Of a DNA stretch of 64,000 bases, positions 60,450 to 64,000 are shown piece by piece. How positions within the stretch are numbered: the first letter of the stretch is position 1; the number at the start of each line of letters is the position of its first letter. The DNA lies in the NCBI RefSeq assembly GCF_003334785.1, contig NZ_QOWV01000004.1. The stretch is one strand, 5' to 3'. The notes under the pieces were generated by a model that did not search any database, was not told where the DNA came from, and saw nothing but the letters and a program-made list of their open reading frames with translations. The position numbers were made by a program, and so were the translations under genes. Origin of the DNA: Escherichia coli (GTDB taxonomy: Bacteria > Pseudomonadota > Gammaproteobacteria > Enterobacterales > Enterobacteriaceae).

Positions 60450-62777
60450 AGTGGCTTTTGCCACCCACGCTTTCAGCACTTCTACGTCGTGACGCCACTC
60501 TTCTTTCATCTCTTCAATCCATTCACCGACGTTATCTTCCCAGGCCGGAAGGTCAGGAGACTGAATTTGCTGACCCAGCTGTTGCAGATGGCGTAACCCC
60601 ACTGACCCCGCCGCACCTTTAATTTTATGTCCTTCCTCAACAATGCCTTTTTTATCCTGCGCCGTCAGATTCGACTCCAGCACGCTGACATAGCCCGGCA
60701 TCATCTTCTCAAACACCGCTAACCCGTCGGTGATCAGCTTCGGTCCTACAAGTTCGAGATACTGTTCCAGCATGGGAATATCGAGCAATGCTTCTGATTT
60801 ACTGTTCTCTTCTGTCGTCATCGTACTCTCCTCATCATCCTGGGTATCCCAGAATTTCTTGATCATCGCGGTTAGCGCCGGAACAGAAAGCGGCTTACTC
60901 AGCACATCATCCATTCCAGCATTGAGGTACTCTTGTTTGTCTTTCAGCACGTTAGCGGTTAAGGCCACCAGCGGCGGTAAATCCTCGCGCGGATAACGTT
61001 TCGTCAGTTCACGAGAGATATCCAGCCCGGTCATATCTGGCAACTGAATATCCAGCAACACCAGGTCGTATTCGCCCGGTTTAAACATCTCCAGCGCCGC
61101 CTTGCCGGTCATGGCGACATCAACGCTGTTACCTAATTTTTCCAGCACAGAACGCGCAACAATCACGTTCAGTTCAATGTCTTCCACCAGCAGCACATTC
61201 AGCGCCGGTAAAGGCATATCGTCTTCATCAAACGCATCATCGACCTCTTCTGCTACCGACGGTGCGTGGATCGTCAACGTAAAGGTTGAACCTTTGCCCT
61301 GTTCGCTGGTAACCGTAATATCGCCGCCCATATTTTTCGCCAGACGACGAGAAACGGCCAGACCAATACCGGTGCCGGTGGCAGGTTTACCGCCATGACT
61401 GTCTTTCACCTGGTAATACATGGCGAAAATTTTATCCAGCTCATCCTGCGGAATGCCGATACCAGAGTCTTCCACTTCAAAATGCAGCATATCGCCTTCA
61501 TCGTAGCGCACGCGCACGGTAACCTGGCCTTGCTGGGTGAATTTGACGGCGTTACTGATGAGGTTCCACAGGATCTGCCGTAAACGCGTCCCGTCGGTAA
61601 TGACCTGATGCGGTAATGGCAGCGTCGGCTCCAGGTTAAAGCGCAATCCTTTTTGTTGCGCCTGCAATGCGGAGAGATTTTCCAGATCGGCAAGGAAGCT
61701 GGTGAAATCAACCGGTTGATTATCAAGCTGGACCTTGCGCCGTTCCATCTTATCCATGTCGATAATATCGTTAAAGATATTCCCCAGCGTGACGGCCGAA
61801 ACATGGATGGTCTTGAGATATTTTTCCTGCTCGGCGGTGAGTTCGGTATCCAGCAGAATGCGGCTCAGACCGACGATACCGTTCAGCGGTGTACGCAATT
61901 CGTGACTGATGGTGGAGATAAACGTCGTTTTGTCGCGGCTGGCCCGTTCAAGCGCATCCTGATACCGCTTACGCTCGGTAATGTCGCGACCAAAGCCCAT
62001 CAAACCGTGACGTTTACCCACGCGGTCGTAGTACGGCACTTTACGGATTTCAAAGCAGGCTTTGCGCCCGTCCGGGTAATCCAGCCACTGTTCATAGGTC
62101 AGTGACACATTATGACGGAACACTTTTTCATCGGTTTCAATGACTTTTGCGGCGGCTTCCGGTGAGTAAACATCAGCAGGTTTCAGGTGAACCAGTTGTT
62201 TTTCGCTTTTTCCGGTCAGCAGCTCCATCGCGCGGTTACAGCCGGAAAACTCTTTATCTTCGTTACGATAAAAAACCAGGTCGGGTGAAGCATCAAGGAA
62301 GGAACGTAAGAATGAGGATTGCTGCTCGAGCTGAATTTGTGTCTCTTCGCGCTCTTTGATTTCAATTTTCAGTTGGCCGAAGGTTTCCTGCAGTTCTGCT
62401 TCCGCTTTTTCACGAACGGCAATTTCCTGATTTAGCTGGGCAATATTATCTTTTAACTGAACGTTGAGGCTCAAATCGCGCTCGCGCATCTCCTCCAGTT
62501 TTTGCACCAGCCGTGACAGACGTTGTCGTGACTCCTCCAGTTGCTCGACGACCACCGATAGAAAGTAGACCGCCCACGGCGTAATCAGCAAACCAAAGAA
62601 GATAGAACGAATAACATCAATGCTTTCGACCTGACCATGCAGCACCATGGTTACCGCCATTTGTACCACAATGGCAAGAACGACGAGGGCCAGCGCCAGC
62701 AACATTGAGAAGCGCACCAGACCTAACTTCATCATCAGGTCAACATAATACTGCGCCAGCAGACGAATTTGCTTCAT
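60441..62777 (-). CDS. arcB: Tripartite hybrid sensor kinase ArcB (778 aa)
   Basis: Two TM segments, a PAS domain, H-box SHELRTPLN, a receiver domain and a C-terminal HPt (HKIKGAAGSVG). Confidence 0.97.
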   Translation of the reverse strand: MKQIRLLAQYYVDLMMKLGLVRFSMLLALALVVLAIVVQMAVTMVLHGQVESIDVIRSIFFGLLITPWAVYFLSVVVEQLEESRQRLSRLVQKLEEMRERDLSLNVQLKDNIAQLNQEIAVREKAEAELQETFGQLKIEIKEREETQIQLEQQSSFLRSFLDASPDLVFYRNEDKEFSGCNRAMELLTGKSEKQLVHLKPADVYSPEAAAKVIETDEKVFRHNVSLTYEQWLDYPDGRKACFEIRKVPYYDRVGKRHGLMGFGRDITERKRYQDALERASRDKTTFISTISHELRTPLNGIVGLSRILLDTELTAEQEKYLKTIHVSAVTLGNIFNDIIDMDKMERRKVQLDNQPVDFTSFLADLENLSALQAQQKGLRFNLEPTLPLPHQVITDGTRLRQILWNLISNAVKFTQQGQVTVRVRYDEGDMLHFEVEDSGIGIPQDELDKIFAMYYQVKDSHGGKPATGTGIGLAVSRRLAKNMGGDITVTSEQGKGSTFTLTIHAPSVAEEVDDAFDEDDMPLPALNVLLVEDIELNVIVARSVLEKLGNSVDVAMTGKAALEMFKPGEYDLVLLDIQLPDMTGLDISRELTKRYPREDLPPLVALTANVLKDKQEYLNAGMDDVLSKPLSVPALTAMIKKFWDTQDDEESTMTTEENSKSEALLDIPMLEQYLELVGPKLITDGLAVFEKMMPGYVSVLESNLTAQDKKGIVEEGHKIKGAAGSVGLRHLQQLGQQIQSPDLPAWEDNVGEWIEEMKEEWRHDVEVLKAWVAKATKK

Positions 62778-62872
62778 TAGGGAATTCCTTCACGACAACC
62801 TGCCCCAATAATACCCAATTCTGACAGTTACGTTATAAATTGTGTGAGAAATGCGGAATTCCCCTCAACGAC

Positions 62873-63802
62873 CTACTCCGTTGGAGGTAGCCACGGACGT
62901 CCCAGCGCCGATCCCTGTACGCCATGTTCATTCAGATAGCGATCCAGCTCGACCATTCCCGTCCATCGATTTTCGCACCACAGCGGAGCAAGCAGCGTCG
63001 GGCGACGGGCGCTGGCGGAAATGCGGTGGTAGATCACTTCCGGTGGCGTATGGCGAATCATTTCTCCGGCAGTGAGCGTGTAATCCTCCAGTTCAATACC
63101 GTTCAAACGCCCCGCTTCCCAGGCTTTCGCCATAATGCTGCCTTTCACAATATGCAGCGGATGCAGCTTTATGCCGTCCACGCCGGTTTCAACCACTCGC
63201 TCCAGCGTTTGCAAACATTCAGCCTGCCCTTCGCCAGGCAGGCCGACAATTAAGTGGGAACACACCTTCAGCCCGCGCTGACGTGCCAGCTGGGTTGTAC
63301 GCTGATAACAGGCAAAATCATGGCCGCGGTTGATGCGATGCAGTGTTTTGTCGTGGGCGGTTTGTAGCCCCAGCTCCAGCCACACTTCGTAACCCTGGTC
63401 CTTATATTCGCAAAGCAGATCCAGCACCGCATCCGGCACGCAGTCCGGGCGGGTACCCACACACAAACCGACAATATTGGCCTGGCTCACCGCCTGCTGA
63501 TACATAGAACGCAGCACCTGAACTTCCGCAAAGGTGCTGGTATACGCCTGAAAGTAGGCCAGATAGCGTTTAGCGCGGTTAACTAAATTCGCCTGGTGCG
63601 CCAGTTGCTCGGCAATGGAACGATGCTGCTGCGCTTCATCGGCAAACGAGGCAACATTACAGAATGTGCAGCCACCACGCCCGATGGTACCGTCACGGTT
63701 AGGGCAGCTAAAACCGCCGTGCAGCGTCAGCTTATGCACCTTTTGCCCATAACGACGGGTGAGATCACCACCAAACATATTGACTAATTTCTGTAACTGC
63801 AT
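62873..63802 (-). CDS. yhcC: Radical-SAM family protein (309 aa)
   Basis: ATG 63802 (MQLQKLVNMFGG). Cys cluster CPNRDGTIGRGGCTFC. Recognised as YhcC. Confidence 0.88.
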   Translation of the reverse strand: MQLQKLVNMFGGDLTRRYGQKVHKLTLHGGFSCPNRDGTIGRGGCTFCNVASFADEAQQHRSIAEQLAHQANLVNRAKRYLAYFQAYTSTFAEVQVLRSMYQQAVSQANIVGLCVGTRPDCVPDAVLDLLCEYKDQGYEVWLELGLQTAHDKTLHRINRGHDFACYQRTTQLARQRGLKVCSHLIVGLPGEGQAECLQTLERVVETGVDGIKLHPLHIVKGSIMAKAWEAGRLNGIELEDYTLTAGEMIRHTPPEVIYHRISASARRPTLLAPLWCENRWTGMVELDRYLNEHGVQGSALGRPWLPPTE

Positions 63803-64000
63803 AATCTGATAGACCGCGCCTTGAAAAGAGGCCAAAGCCTGCCATTTTTAGCTCAATTCGGCGATGACCTGGATCAATCGTCCCGGCCTGCTTTTATCAA
63901 CTGCATAATCAATCAAAATTACCGAAATTTCATGCATAATCACATAAATCACTTTTGCTTATCTTGTGTCAGATTTTTTTATCTCCTGATGGATTTTAGG

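Overview
This window is contiguous Escherichia coli core chromosome. It is colinear with the K-12 map from the 3' end of the yraHIJK fimbrial operon to yhcC, just upstream of gltB.

Contents:
- About 70 intact protein genes. Once the N-terminal over-extensions in the ORF track are trimmed, the lengths agree with what I recall of the K-12 products.
- Two tRNAs: the initiator tRNA metY and leuU.
- The sRNA ArcZ, and probable SraG and GraL loci.
- The 26-codon gene yrbN, which is too short for the ORF track.
- Five REP/BIME clusters and many intrinsic terminators.

Gene blocks in order:
- yraJK, rsmI, lpoA-yraN-diaA-dolP, yraQ, yraR
- yhbO, yhbP, yhbQ, yhbS-ubiT, ubiUV, yhbW, mtr
- deaD-yrbN, nlpI
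- The metY-rimP-nusA-infB-rbfA-truB-rpsO-pnp translation cluster
- argG, yhbX
- leuU-secG, glmM-folP-ftsH-rlmE, yhbY, greA, dacB
- obgE-yhbE-rpmA-rplU, ispB, sfsB
- murA-ibaG and mlaBCDEF
- yrbG-kdsDC-lptCAB-rpoN-hpf-ptsN-rapZ-npr
- yrbL, mtgA-elbB, arcZ/arcB, yhcC

I see no IS element, integrase, prophage, CRISPR array, toxin-antitoxin pair or defence-island-like cluster. I therefore find no evidence for a new multi-gene system in this window.

The items worth a second look are small-scale:
- A nested perfect inverted repeat that fills the ubiV-yhbW spacer and covers the yhbW ribosome-binding site.
- The PhoP-box gene yrbL, which encodes a kinase-fold protein lacking the catalytic Asp.
- Translational coupling of ubiT to the GNAT gene yhbS.
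- A self-complementary GGAATTCC pair in the arcB leader.
- A 12-codon uORF with a strong SD ahead of sfsB.
- The AT-rich yhbX islet next to tRNA leuU.
- A G46 (fMet1-type) allele at metY.
- Several convergent gene pairs with overlapping or abutting 3' ends.

All calls come from reading the sequence and from recall of protein families. No database search or folding calculation was run.
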